Shown here: positions 1 through 8,691 of the stretch, in pieces
How positions within the stretch are numbered: position 1 is the first letter of the stretch
Layout: the number at the start of each line of letters is the position of its first letter
DNA from: a virus
Lineage: Duplodnaviria; Caudoviricetes
DNA length: 40,361 nt
Strand: one strand, 5' to 3'
IMG/VR virus record: IMGVR_UViG_3300026848_000007
Coordinates: 1-40,361 of that record
Notes under the pieces: model-generated
The model's input: only the letters and a program-made list of their open reading frames with translations
Told to the model about the DNA's origin: nothing
Databases searched by the model: none
Program-made: the position numbers and the translations under genes

Positions 1-477
1 ATGGATGAGAATAAGGAAAGACGCAGTTCAACAGACGGAGTACCACCAGGACAGAGCGACAGAGTCAGGGTGGGGGCTCGGCATAGAGGCCTGACCGGTC
101 AGCCACCGGGGGGACGGTACCAGGATATCTGCACAGTTTTTGAAACGTCAGAAAAAAAATCGAGCGACCCGCGACTTGATGAGCTGAAGGATATGGGGCT
201 TGGTGCTTTTTGGCGCGGTCTGGCTGAGCAGATTGGTTATGACGACTTCATGCTGGTGTGGGCGTCGCTTTCTGAGCAGGCTACGGATGGAGATGATGGG
301 CATCGTGTGTATATTCCTCGATTCGACTCATATCTGCGGTTTCAGAGGAACCGCTATATCGTCGCGCTGGCCAGTTCAGGTTCGAAACCGAGAGAAATCA
401 AGCATCGTGTACAAGAAGACCTGAACGAGAACGTGCATGAGATGCATATCAGCAAAGTGATACGTCAAAAGGGCTGA
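1..477 (+). CDS. Mor/C-like late transcription activator (putative)
   Basis: LAEQIGYDDFMLVW...RVYIPRF...QRNRYI followed by a C-terminal HTH-like segment resembles the Mor family layout. Lies directly upstream of the first repeated promoter motif. Start uncertain. Confidence 0.6.
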   Translation: MDENKERRSSTDGVPPGQSDRVRVGARHRGLTGQPPGGRYQDICTVFETSEKKSSDPRLDELKDMGLGAFWRGLAEQIGYDDFMLVWASLSEQATDGDDGHRVYIPRFDSYLRFQRNRYIVALASSGSKPREIKHRVQEDLNENVHEMHISKVIRQKG

Positions 478-480
478 TTT

Positions 481-525
481 CAAGCCGTTTTTACCCTTAT
501 TTTGCTTGTGCTGCCGTGCTTCAAT
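481..525 (+). promoter_or_regulatory. Putative late promoter 1 (28-bp motif plus -10-like TTCAAT)
   Basis: CAAGCCGTTTTTACCCTTATTTTGCTTG at 481-508, repeated at 8553 and 15722. Hexamer at 520-525. Confidence 0.65.
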
Positions 526-532
526 CGGCAGC

Positions 533-1471
533 ATGGCAAATCGTCGCGACCACAACTCACCGTTAACTGCTGTCAACTTCATTTGTGGCGGCTGCAGGTA
601 CAAATTCGCTTCTGATCCGGAGCGGATTGAGGACGCGCCAGAACGACATCACCCTTATCTGTACTTTGCAGAATGTCCGAAGTGTGGAGGCGAAGCTGAG
701 CAGGTGTCTTGGGAAAAGGCGCTGATGGCGTCGATGGGCAAACATACTGGGCCCAAGACAAATGAGGGTAAAGCGGCCGTTACTGCCAATCTGGCAGGGC
801 ATCCAACACCTGAAGAAGCATTGAGAACCCGGTTCAATGCGATGAAGCACGGTTTACGCTCGACAGTCGCGACTTATTTCCCTGCGAAGCCCGGTAGTTA
901 TTCTCAATGTAAAACCTGTGACATCGACTGGGATGAGTGTGCGGGTTCGGTTGCCTGCATGAAACGTACAGAGCTATTCATGCGGCATCGTATTGCCTTT
1001 GAGAGCCGTGACCCAGGCATGTTGACTGACCTTCGTGCGGATCTGCAGGCGAATATTCAGGCGATTATCGACGATATCATTCTGGCCATCGTCAGTGATG
1101 GCGTCGCACTTCGAAACCCAGCCTATGATTTCGATAAGGATGGTGGTTTCCATATCGCCAAATATTTCGATTCTGACTCACGAGAAGAGCGCGTAATTGA
1201 AGAAATTAAGGCTCATCCACTCCTGAAAACGCTTTCTGAGTTCCTTACCAGAAACAACATGTCTCTGGCCGACTTCAGCATGACGCCGAAGGTGATGGAA
1301 GATAATGAAATCACCATGGGGAATCTCGCTGAAGAGAAAAACGACCGCGAAACCTTGCTCGAATATCAGCGACAGCAAACGAATCAGCTCAACAAGCTGG
1401 GTGAGCTTATTGAGCGAAGCCGGCAGCGTAGCAATAACGACCCTATAGCTGTTGAGTACGACGATGGCTGA
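533..1471 (+). CDS. Putative terminase small subunit / packaging protein with Cys-rich zinc motifs
   Basis: Directly upstream of terL. CGGC..CPKC and CKTC..C..C clusters, GPKTNEGK..NAMKHGL motif. ATG 533 preferred over TTG 506, which lies inside the promoter motif. Confidence 0.6.
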   Translation: MANRRDHNSPLTAVNFICGGCRYKFASDPERIEDAPERHHPYLYFAECPKCGGEAEQVSWEKALMASMGKHTGPKTNEGKAAVTANLAGHPTPEEALRTRFNAMKHGLRSTVATYFPAKPGSYSQCKTCDIDWDECAGSVACMKRTELFMRHRIAFESRDPGMLTDLRADLQANIQAIIDDIILAIVSDGVALRNPAYDFDKDGGFHIAKYFDSDSREERVIEEIKAHPLLKTLSEFLTRNNMSLADFSMTPKVMEDNEITMGNLAEEKNDRETLLEYQRQQTNQLNKLGELIERSRQRSNNDPIAVEYDDG

Positions 1472-3071
1472 GCGAATCAGTGCAAAGCGTCGGATCGAGA
1501 TGGCCAACGTGGCAGAACGCGAGGTTATGCGCTTCAAAGATGATCATGCGCTGTGGCACAAGCATGTGCACAACGTCGAACTGGACTCTATGCAGGTGCT
1601 GAAATGCATTGAGATGGACCAGCACCAAAATACTGTTGATTACAGCTGCCGCCGGACAGGAAAAACGGCTGTTAAAGAGCTTTATAACCTCAAATACACA
1701 GCCACCAACTCAGATCAGGAGCTGGGTATCGTGGCACCTCGAGAAGCACAGTCACTGGTCAACCTTGGCTACCACCTGGATGCGATTCGACGCTCAGAAA
1801 TCCTTGATAGCTGGCTGATGTATAAAGCCGGCCGGAAAGCCATGTCCGATACCAAGTACCAGTTTGCAAACCGGTCTATCGCTCAGGCTTACGGCATCAT
1901 GGCGCAGATTGACGGTGCTGATATGACGATCGGCAGTATCGAAGAAATCGACGATATGCCATCCGAGCGTTTGAACTCACGTTTCCTCCTTACCATGGGC
2001 TCGACTCGACGACTTGGCGCCAGCAAAGATGCTCTGAACGACCCTCAAATTAGAATTACTGGAGTATTCAAAGGCGCTGACACGCTCACAGCGCTGATTG
2101 CGACCGGTAATTACCACGTTCTGCCGACGGTTGATGCTTATCTGGGCATCGAAATGGGCATATTGAACGAAAAATTCATCATGCAGATGCGTACTGAGTT
2201 GCCACCAGATGAATATCTTCGCCAGCTGCTCTGCAGAAACGTTTCATCCAGGAACCTGATCTGGGAAAAATATGTGCGTAAGGCAATGTCTGTAGGCCTT
2301 GCAGCAAACATCCAGCTGGCCGAGCCATTGCCTGGAATGAAATACAAGAGACGGGGCATGATTTCGTTCGGCTATGACGCCGGCGGGCATGGTGAAGATA
2401 AAAGTAGCTCTAAGCATGCCCTGGTTGTCACCGAGCAGATCGGTAACTTTGTCTGCTTCATCTATGTCCGGACATGGTCCGCCGGTGCAGATGACAGTGT
2501 CGTTCGTCGTGACCTGATTTCACTCTGGGAATACTTCATGCCCGACTATGCCTTAGGTGATGCCTATGGAATCGGCATGCTCACTCAGTTGAATGATGAT
2601 CTGTTTGCTAAGGGGCTGACCGATATCGACCGTCGTGCCATTGGTGACGGAGATAGCACGGCGTCGACCTGGCCTGAGTGGCCATTCTCCCCACTGCGTT
2701 TCGAAGGGATAACCAAACACGCCATGGCCCGTGCACTGCGTGGCGTATTCCATAACAGTCAGGCCGCCATCCCTTACTTCGATGACAAAGACCCGCCTGC
2801 CGAATTCAGCGATATGCACGAGGTGGTCCGTCAGCTGCCGAACATTGTCCCCGTCAGCACAAAGGGCAGCTATGACAGCTATAAGCGAGCCAACAACAAA
2901 ATTAATGATGACGTGTTTGATGCCGCGATGGCCTCAGTCTGGGGCATTGTTACTGCCGGCAACGCGGATGTGAAAACTGTCATCGTCACCAGAACCCGAA
3001 GCTATGACCAGATGCTTCCTGGGACAGGCTACAACATAGGAATGACGCAAGATGAAATTGGGTATCGGTAA
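1464..3071 (+). CDS. terL: Terminase large subunit
   Basis: Walker A-like CRRTGKT, Walker B-like GSIEEIDD, RNase H-like nuclease motifs FGYDAG and DDVFDA. Precedes the portal. Confidence 0.85.
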   Translation: MAERISAKRRIEMANVAEREVMRFKDDHALWHKHVHNVELDSMQVLKCIEMDQHQNTVDYSCRRTGKTAVKELYNLKYTATNSDQELGIVAPREAQSLVNLGYHLDAIRRSEILDSWLMYKAGRKAMSDTKYQFANRSIAQAYGIMAQIDGADMTIGSIEEIDDMPSERLNSRFLLTMGSTRRLGASKDALNDPQIRITGVFKGADTLTALIATGNYHVLPTVDAYLGIEMGILNEKFIMQMRTELPPDEYLRQLLCRNVSSRNLIWEKYVRKAMSVGLAANIQLAEPLPGMKYKRRGMISFGYDAGGHGEDKSSSKHALVVTEQIGNFVCFIYVRTWSAGADDSVVRRDLISLWEYFMPDYALGDAYGIGMLTQLNDDLFAKGLTDIDRRAIGDGDSTASTWPEWPFSPLRFEGITKHAMARALRGVFHNSQAAIPYFDDKDPPAEFSDMHEVVRQLPNIVPVSTKGSYDSYKRANNKINDDVFDAAMASVWGIVTAGNADVKTVIVTRTRSYDQMLPGTGYNIGMTQDEIGYR

Positions 3072-4422
3072 TCTCATTCAGATCCGCTTTGGTCGTGACA
3101 AGGCCATGCCGGACACACCATCGACGACACTGCCAGGACAAAAAGAACCCAGCACCGAACGAGGAAGTCGGGCCACGCCAGAAAACAGCCTGAAATACAT
3201 GTATCGGGAAATGTGGGTAGATCCGGACCTGCGTGCATCGATACTCGATATTCGACGCATGGACCGGGAAGACGGCCGGGTTAAAAAGCTACACAACCGA
3301 ATGGCCAGAACAGCGGTGAAAGGCGGCTTGAAACTCAAAACGGCCAGTAAAAACAAGCGAATCATCCGGCTCTGGAAGCAATTCGAGAGCAGGCTTCACC
3401 TTAACAAGCAGCAAAAGCTGGAATCTGATGCCCGCGGTCTGGTGATGGAAGGTAACTTACCGCTTCAGGTCGCGATAAACGGCCTCAAGATTGTCTCAGC
3501 CGTGATTCGTATGCCTTCAGAGACTATCCTGCCGCTGGTGGATCCTAATGGCCAGTTCCGTGACGTTCAGCATGCCTATGATCAGATAGACCTGACGACT
3601 GGCCAGCCGATGGCCGCGTTTGCGTTGTGGCAGTTGCAACTCGCCAGACTGGATCCGGATAGCTTTGATGATATGGGTGCAATGGGTCGGCCTTATCTTG
3701 ATGCGAACCGTGAAGTCTGGAAAAAGCTGCGCATGACCGAAACCGATCTGGTTATCCGTCGCCGTCATCGTGCCCCTTTGCGTCTCTCTCACATACTTAA
3801 GGGAGCCACGCCTGAAGAACTTGAGGAGTATCGTGAAAGAACTGAGTCTGAGAAGGGCGAGATACAGACTGATTTCTACAGCAACAAAGAGGGCGGCGTA
3901 ACACCGATTCAAGGCGATGCCGCACTGGACCAGATAGCCGACGTGACTTATCTGCTGGACACCTTCTATGCCGGCGCACCGGCGCCAAAAGGCCTGTTTG
4001 GTTATACCGGTGACCTGGCTCGTGACATTCTGGAAGACCTGAAGCGTGATTATTTCGATGAAATCGACGCGATGCAGGATATCCAGGCATCACTGTATGA
4101 CCAGATATTCCGCCTTGATCTGCTGCTGCATGGCGTAAACCCCGAGAACTACGAGTTTCAGGTTGTCTTCAGCGAACGTCGTACCGACACGCCTAACCAG
4201 CGGGCTGATCTGGCACTCAAACACAAAGCGATCGGCATTCCTAATGAAATGGTCTGGGAAACAGCAGGCCTTAACCCGTCAGATGTATTGGCACAGCGTC
4301 AGGCTGAGGCAAACAGCAATGACCCGTATCCGGAAGAGTCAGCACACGGTCCGCAGCGGGTAAGCATCACGCCCGGTAATCAGCCGAAGGGCGAATCAGC
4401 CACGAGCGTAAATAATGGCTGA
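3052..4422 (+). CDS. Portal protein
   Basis: 456 aa between terL and MuF. GRPYLDA and AGAPAPKGLFG segments are typical of portals. Confidence 0.8.
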   Translation: MKLGIGNLIQIRFGRDKAMPDTPSTTLPGQKEPSTERGSRATPENSLKYMYREMWVDPDLRASILDIRRMDREDGRVKKLHNRMARTAVKGGLKLKTASKNKRIIRLWKQFESRLHLNKQQKLESDARGLVMEGNLPLQVAINGLKIVSAVIRMPSETILPLVDPNGQFRDVQHAYDQIDLTTGQPMAAFALWQLQLARLDPDSFDDMGAMGRPYLDANREVWKKLRMTETDLVIRRRHRAPLRLSHILKGATPEELEEYRERTESEKGEIQTDFYSNKEGGVTPIQGDAALDQIADVTYLLDTFYAGAPAPKGLFGYTGDLARDILEDLKRDYFDEIDAMQDIQASLYDQIFRLDLLLHGVNPENYEFQVVFSERRTDTPNQRADLALKHKAIGIPNEMVWETAGLNPSDVLAQRQAEANSNDPYPEESAHGPQRVSITPGNQPKGESATSVNNG

Positions 4423-6199
4423 AAACATCCGGACTCAAATCAAGGCAGCCATTAAGAGAGCGTCAGCTGCAGCTCGTGCAAGCGCGAATAAGCTCGACCG
4501 TCAGGCTCTGGAAGACCTGACCCGGCTCTATCGAGAAGCGGCTTATCAGATGGCCGACACTATCGAGTCTTATGCCGACCATGATGGCTCGCTGAAGCTG
4601 ACCAACATGCAGGATCTGCTCAGTCAGGTGGAACAGCAGCTCGACACGTTATCGGCAACACGTGACGCCTTGCTTGATAGCAAGATGACTGAATCGGCCT
4701 TGCTGGCCACCTCAGCATTTAGCAGTGACGTGGCCCGAGTTGGTGCGTCGTTGAATCAAATAGCAAACGATGCCGTGCTGCAGGCGAGAGCATTCATTGC
4801 CGAAGACGGCCTGCAGCTCTCTGATCGTATCTGGCGTATAGACAACAATGCGAAACGGTCTGTGGGTGATGCCATCCAGTCGGCCATTATTCAGGGGCAG
4901 TCAGCGGCGAATGCTGCTCAGGAGTTTATCTCCGGAGGTAAGCCCATACCTCCGGACCTTAATAGCAAAATCAACAGTGCCGATGCCGTCAGAGTGGGTC
5001 GGGAAGCCTCAAGCGCCTTGATCAGAACAGACGGTAACGCTTACAGCCATTCGCTCAGACTATTTCGAACTGAAATCAACCGGGCACATAATGACGCCTA
5101 TGAGGCAGCAGCTGCAGAGCATCCGGATGCAGTCGGTACCCGTTTTTTGCTTTCACCTATGCATCCCGAGGTCGATATCTGTGATATGCATGCCAATGCC
5201 AACCTGTACGGCCTTGGCCCCGGTGTTTACCCATTCGGGAAAAATCCACTGCCGGCGCATCCGAACACATTGAGTTATAAAGAAGTCGTGTTCGCCGATG
5301 AAGTGACTGATCTGGATAAGGACAACAAAACGGATCGCATTGCCTGGTTAAATGCTCAGTCAGTCACCCGGCAAAATGAAATTCTGGGGCGGGGTAAAGG
5401 CTGGATGCTGCGTGAGGGGTATCTCACTCAGGGTGCTATCAATACACCATGGGCTGTGCTCAAAGCCAGACTGGAACGGCAAGGCGTGACGTTGCCGACA
5501 TTTCGTATCGAAGGGCCGCTGGTGGAAGTGGTGCGGCGTTCCGATAAGGTCGCGCCCGTGTCAGCGGCGTTTAATGTGCTCGAGTTCAAGCAAATTAGTC
5601 ATCACGTTTTGGACAAAATCGACAGTGTTCATTCCGATGGTGCTTTGCCTGTTATACCGCTGACACGCACGACGAGCAAAGAGGGCGGCGCCTATGGTTT
5701 GTACTCCCGGACACATCCGGATAACGGTGATCAGGCTGTTAAAATTGCACTCAACCGAAAATCGCCACACCCTGAATTCACACTAGCCCATGAGATAGGC
5801 CACTTCATCGACCATAAAGGCCTGCCCGGTTCCTACATGAGCTCCGAGTATCATCCTGTGATGGAAAAGTGGCGTAAAGCCGTGATGGAGTCACCGGAAA
5901 TTCAGTGGCTTCAGCAGTTATCGAATACCAGTGACCAGGTCGTTATCGAAGGCAGAGTCCACCGAATCCCGAAAGACTATATTTCCTACCTGTTGCGCCG
6001 GCGTGAGATATGGGCTAGAAGTTACAGTCAGTGGATCGCTATGAAGTCAGGCGATACAAAGCTGGTGGATCAGCTCAAAGCTGAAGTCAATCAGGATGCA
6101 AAACGTAAGCTGCCTTTGCCGGGTCAGTGGCGTGAAGAAAACTTCGGGCCCATTGCTGAGGCGATCGAGGAGCTGTTTAAACAAATGGGGTGGTTATGA
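4415..6199 (+). CDS. MuF/SPP1 gp7-like head morphogenesis protein with C-terminal zincin metallopeptidase-like extension
   Basis: LSDRIW, RLFRTEINRA, DICD and PAHPN are MuF signatures. HEIGH (5789-5803) and EIWARSY lie in the last ~230 aa. Confidence 0.8.
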   Translation: MAENIRTQIKAAIKRASAAARASANKLDRQALEDLTRLYREAAYQMADTIESYADHDGSLKLTNMQDLLSQVEQQLDTLSATRDALLDSKMTESALLATSAFSSDVARVGASLNQIANDAVLQARAFIAEDGLQLSDRIWRIDNNAKRSVGDAIQSAIIQGQSAANAAQEFISGGKPIPPDLNSKINSADAVRVGREASSALIRTDGNAYSHSLRLFRTEINRAHNDAYEAAAAEHPDAVGTRFLLSPMHPEVDICDMHANANLYGLGPGVYPFGKNPLPAHPNTLSYKEVVFADEVTDLDKDNKTDRIAWLNAQSVTRQNEILGRGKGWMLREGYLTQGAINTPWAVLKARLERQGVTLPTFRIEGPLVEVVRRSDKVAPVSAAFNVLEFKQISHHVLDKIDSVHSDGALPVIPLTRTTSKEGGAYGLYSRTHPDNGDQAVKIALNRKSPHPEFTLAHEIGHFIDHKGLPGSYMSSEYHPVMEKWRKAVMESPEIQWLQQLSNTSDQVVIEGRVHRIPKDYISYLLRRREIWARSYSQWIAMKSGDTKLVDQLKAEVNQDAKRKLPLPGQWREENFGPIAEAIEELFKQMGWL

Positions 6200-6387
6200 C
6201 GGTAAGTGCAAAAGTAATGTGGATGGAAGTATTTATCGACGGCAAACAGCACAAGCTGACTCAATGGGAAGAGGAGGCTGCTGTCGAGGGTCAGTTTTAT
6301 TTCCGGAGTGTGGAAGGAATAGGTTCCTTTTGTGTGGTTGATCATCTGGGTAACCCTGTTCCTGATGCTGTGGAAGAAGGTAATTAG
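6196..6387 (+). CDS. Small acidic hypothetical protein (candidate immunity partner)
   Basis: ATGA overlap with the MuF stop codon. Confidence 0.55.
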   Translation: MTVSAKVMWMEVFIDGKQHKLTQWEEEAAVEGQFYFRSVEGIGSFCVVDHLGNPVPDAVEEGN

Positions 6388-6399
6388 TAAAGGATCGTT

Positions 6400-6666
6400 A
6401 TGAGTCACGAAAAATTTGACCGTAAAAAAGCAGAGCTCATCGAGCAGGGTTTAAGCCCTGAGGCTGCTGCTTTGCTTGCCGCCATGCAAACGGGCGAATC
6501 TGATGGCACAGTCGACCTTAACCCCGAACAGGACACCACTAACTGGACCGAGGAAGACTGGTACCAGAATAATCTTCGTCTGGGTATGAGTGAGGCCGAG
6601 GCACGGTTCGTGGCACAGGTCGAATCCGGCACTATTGACATCAACGATCAGGAGGTTGATTACTGA
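6400..6666 (+). CDS. Small acidic protein with internal duplication
   Basis: SD AAGGA. GLSPEAAALLAAMQTG and GMSEAEARFVAQVESG repeat. Confidence 0.65.
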   Translation: MSHEKFDRKKAELIEQGLSPEAAALLAAMQTGESDGTVDLNPEQDTTNWTEEDWYQNNLRLGMSEAEARFVAQVESGTIDINDQEVDY

Positions 6667-6854
6667 TGGCAGCCACGCAGCATAACGTCCAGTCACTCAG
6701 ACCCGAGGTGAAGTGCCCGAACTGTCGGAAAACGATCTTTGACGGCGATGTTATTAAGTCTCGCATTGTAAGAGTTCTAGCAAACGGAACTGAGGCGAAG
6801 TGCGCGAACTGCAAAACATGGGTATCTTTGCCATTGATCTACTCAGCCGCATAA
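6666..6854 (+). CDS. Com-like zinc-ribbon protein
   Basis: EVKCPNCRKTIF...EAKCANCKT in 62 aa, same layout as Mu Com. TGATG coupling to the upstream gene. Confidence 0.6.
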   Translation: MAATQHNVQSLRPEVKCPNCRKTIFDGDVIKSRIVRVLANGTEAKCANCKTWVSLPLIYSAA

Positions 6855-6878
6855 ACATTAAGCATGGAGAGGTTAGCG

Positions 6879-7514
6879 ATGACGGACATCAAAGAAGGTT
6901 TTTTAAGGCAACGACGCAATCTTATGGCTATTACGATTGTGATCTTCCTTTCTTATTTTTGGGATGTTGAGTTCAAGACGATTAATATTCTGGGTAATAC
7001 AATCGATTTGAACCAAGGTAATAACGTCTATTTTGTCCTGTGGACCTTGTTGTTTTACTGGTCTTGGCGTTATAGGAATTATTTACTTGAGCTCAGACCG
7101 CTTGGGATAATGGATTCACTTGAAAAAGCCCGTTACAGGTTGTGTTATGAATGGCTAGAACGTAACTCTACGAAGCAGTGCTTTTGGGACAACACTTCTC
7201 ATTCAGTTCGAGGCCAGGGTCCAGTCGATGCCTCAGGAATTAAAAGCGTTAACATTGACCCATCGTCATCAGGCCTGACCAACCGCCTATTGATTATTCA
7301 ACTCGGCATTATTAACGACCCTCAACCATGGAGAGGTGACAACATTACAGTTGATATCAATCTTTCCTTGTGGCGGTTCTTATCCATCCACTATAAAGCC
7401 ATCATGCATGTCATAAATGACACCAGGCTGTTCAGTGAATACATATTTCCGCCTCTAATGACATTGGCCTTTATTGGTTATTGGTTGATATGTCATCTGC
7501 TCACCACATGTTGA
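6879..7514 (+). CDS. Membrane protein, AT-rich accessory gene
   Basis: About three hydrophobic segments. GAGG upstream of ATG 6879 (alternative start 6864). Confidence 0.65.
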   Translation: MTDIKEGFLRQRRNLMAITIVIFLSYFWDVEFKTINILGNTIDLNQGNNVYFVLWTLLFYWSWRYRNYLLELRPLGIMDSLEKARYRLCYEWLERNSTKQCFWDNTSHSVRGQGPVDASGIKSVNIDPSSSGLTNRLLIIQLGIINDPQPWRGDNITVDINLSLWRFLSIHYKAIMHVINDTRLFSEYIFPPLMTLAFIGYWLICHLLTTC

Positions 7515-7528
7515 ATCAGTAATAAATA

Positions 7529-7565
7529 TTCTCTATATTTTCTCATTATGAGAATGTATAGAGAA
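7529..7565. repeat. 37-bp near-perfect palindrome (operator or RBS-occluding hairpin)
   Basis: TTCTCTATA-TT-TTCTCAT-T-ATGAGAA-TG-TATAGAGAA, 16 of 18 positions pair. Confidence 0.8.
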
Positions 7566-7569
7566 AACC

Positions 7570-8001
7570 ATGTGTGAAGGTATCCGCTTTCGCAAAAACA
7601 AAGAAATCCTGACCAGCCTCTATCGCCACGAAAAAGCCTTGTTACCGGTGATGCTTAAAAGCGGCGAGCAGATTCTGTTGCCTTGGGGCCGCAAGCACGG
7701 CCAGCCCGGTGAACTGCCGTTCGGTGGCTGGGCCAAACTGGATGCTATTCACGGTGGCTATTGGGACAGGTTTTTCCCGACGCCCGTTAAAATCCCTTGC
7801 CTGTATTACATGCTTATCGACCATGAGGGCCGTGAAAAGTGGTACCCGAATGTAATGAAAAAAAAGATTCAGGGTTTACTTGCTCAAGGCAAGAATGAGC
7901 GGCGCGTGTATATCGTGACAGTTGAGCCTGATGTCGATATGGTGGACTTTCACTCACACACGCCCCGGTTGGTGGCGGACATAAACGCAAAAGACAAATA
8001 G
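7570..8001 (+). CDS. Short SRAP/HMCES-like protein (putative)
   Basis: N-terminal MC, WG motif, IVT..HSHTP near the C-terminus. Shorter than canonical SRAP. Confidence 0.45.
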   Translation: MCEGIRFRKNKEILTSLYRHEKALLPVMLKSGEQILLPWGRKHGQPGELPFGGWAKLDAIHGGYWDRFFPTPVKIPCLYYMLIDHEGREKWYPNVMKKKIQGLLAQGKNERRVYIVTVEPDVDMVDFHSHTPRLVADINAKDK

Positions 8002-8009
8002 GAGGTTTT

Positions 8010-8555
8010 GTGGCACCAATCGATTATATGGAGCTGGCCAAGCAGCTAAACCCTTGGATTGCTGCAGCAGGAGCGTTGCTAGGTGTAATTGTAGCGGGGT
8101 TCATCAATCTGACCTCACAGGTACTAGTTGGTTGGCTGAAACGAAGATCTGAAGCGAAAACACTACGTATCGCACTGCTTTCTGAGATATATGGAATAGT
8201 CAGTATCATCGAAGTCAGAGGTTACATAGCCGGGTTAAACGCGGCGCCCCAAAAAATGCACAAGGCTGGAGTCGACACCTGGTCGTTCGGCGTGAAGATG
8301 GCTGAGAACTATTGCCCTGTGTATCACGCCAATGCGTTCAATATCGGTCTATTGAAGCCCTCAGAGGCATCCCATATCGTCGGCTTCCATCAGATCATTC
8401 TATCGGTGATTCAGGATGTAACGCCCGGCGGGGTCTTATATGACGGTGGTACAGCTGACCAGTTTGGGGAAGCTGCGGCCCTTCTTGAGCATGCTGTTGA
8501 AATGGGAAATAACCTTACAAAGAAAGCCGGTATCCCAAACGAGCCAAAATCTTAA
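8010..8555 (+). CDS. Hypothetical protein with N-terminal transmembrane helix
   Basis: GGAGG SD before GTG. Hydrophobic WIAAAGALLGVIVAGFI. Confidence 0.7.
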   Translation: MAPIDYMELAKQLNPWIAAAGALLGVIVAGFINLTSQVLVGWLKRRSEAKTLRIALLSEIYGIVSIIEVRGYIAGLNAAPQKMHKAGVDTWSFGVKMAENYCPVYHANAFNIGLLKPSEASHIVGFHQIILSVIQDVTPGGVLYDGGTADQFGEAAALLEHAVEMGNNLTKKAGIPNEPKS

Positions 8556-8597
8556 GCACAATTTACCCCTGTTTTGCTTGTCCTGATGCGGGAAACT
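8553..8597 (+). promoter_or_regulatory. Putative late promoter 2
   Basis: TAAGCACAATTTACCCCTGTTTTGCTTG at 8553-8580, GAAACT at 8592-8597. Confidence 0.65.
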
Positions 8598-8632
8598 GAA
8601 TACCGCTAAAAGGTATAACGCACCCCGAAGCG

Positions 8633-8679
8633 AAAAGCCTGGCAGACCGTCTTACCCCTCGGTCTGTCAGGCTTTTTTT
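8633..8679 (+). terminator. Intrinsic terminator-like hairpin in the capsid operon leader
   Basis: AAAAGCCTGGCAGACCG-10 nt loop-CGGTCTGTCAGGC followed by T7. Confidence 0.75.
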
Positions 8680-8691
8680 ATGGACGGAATT

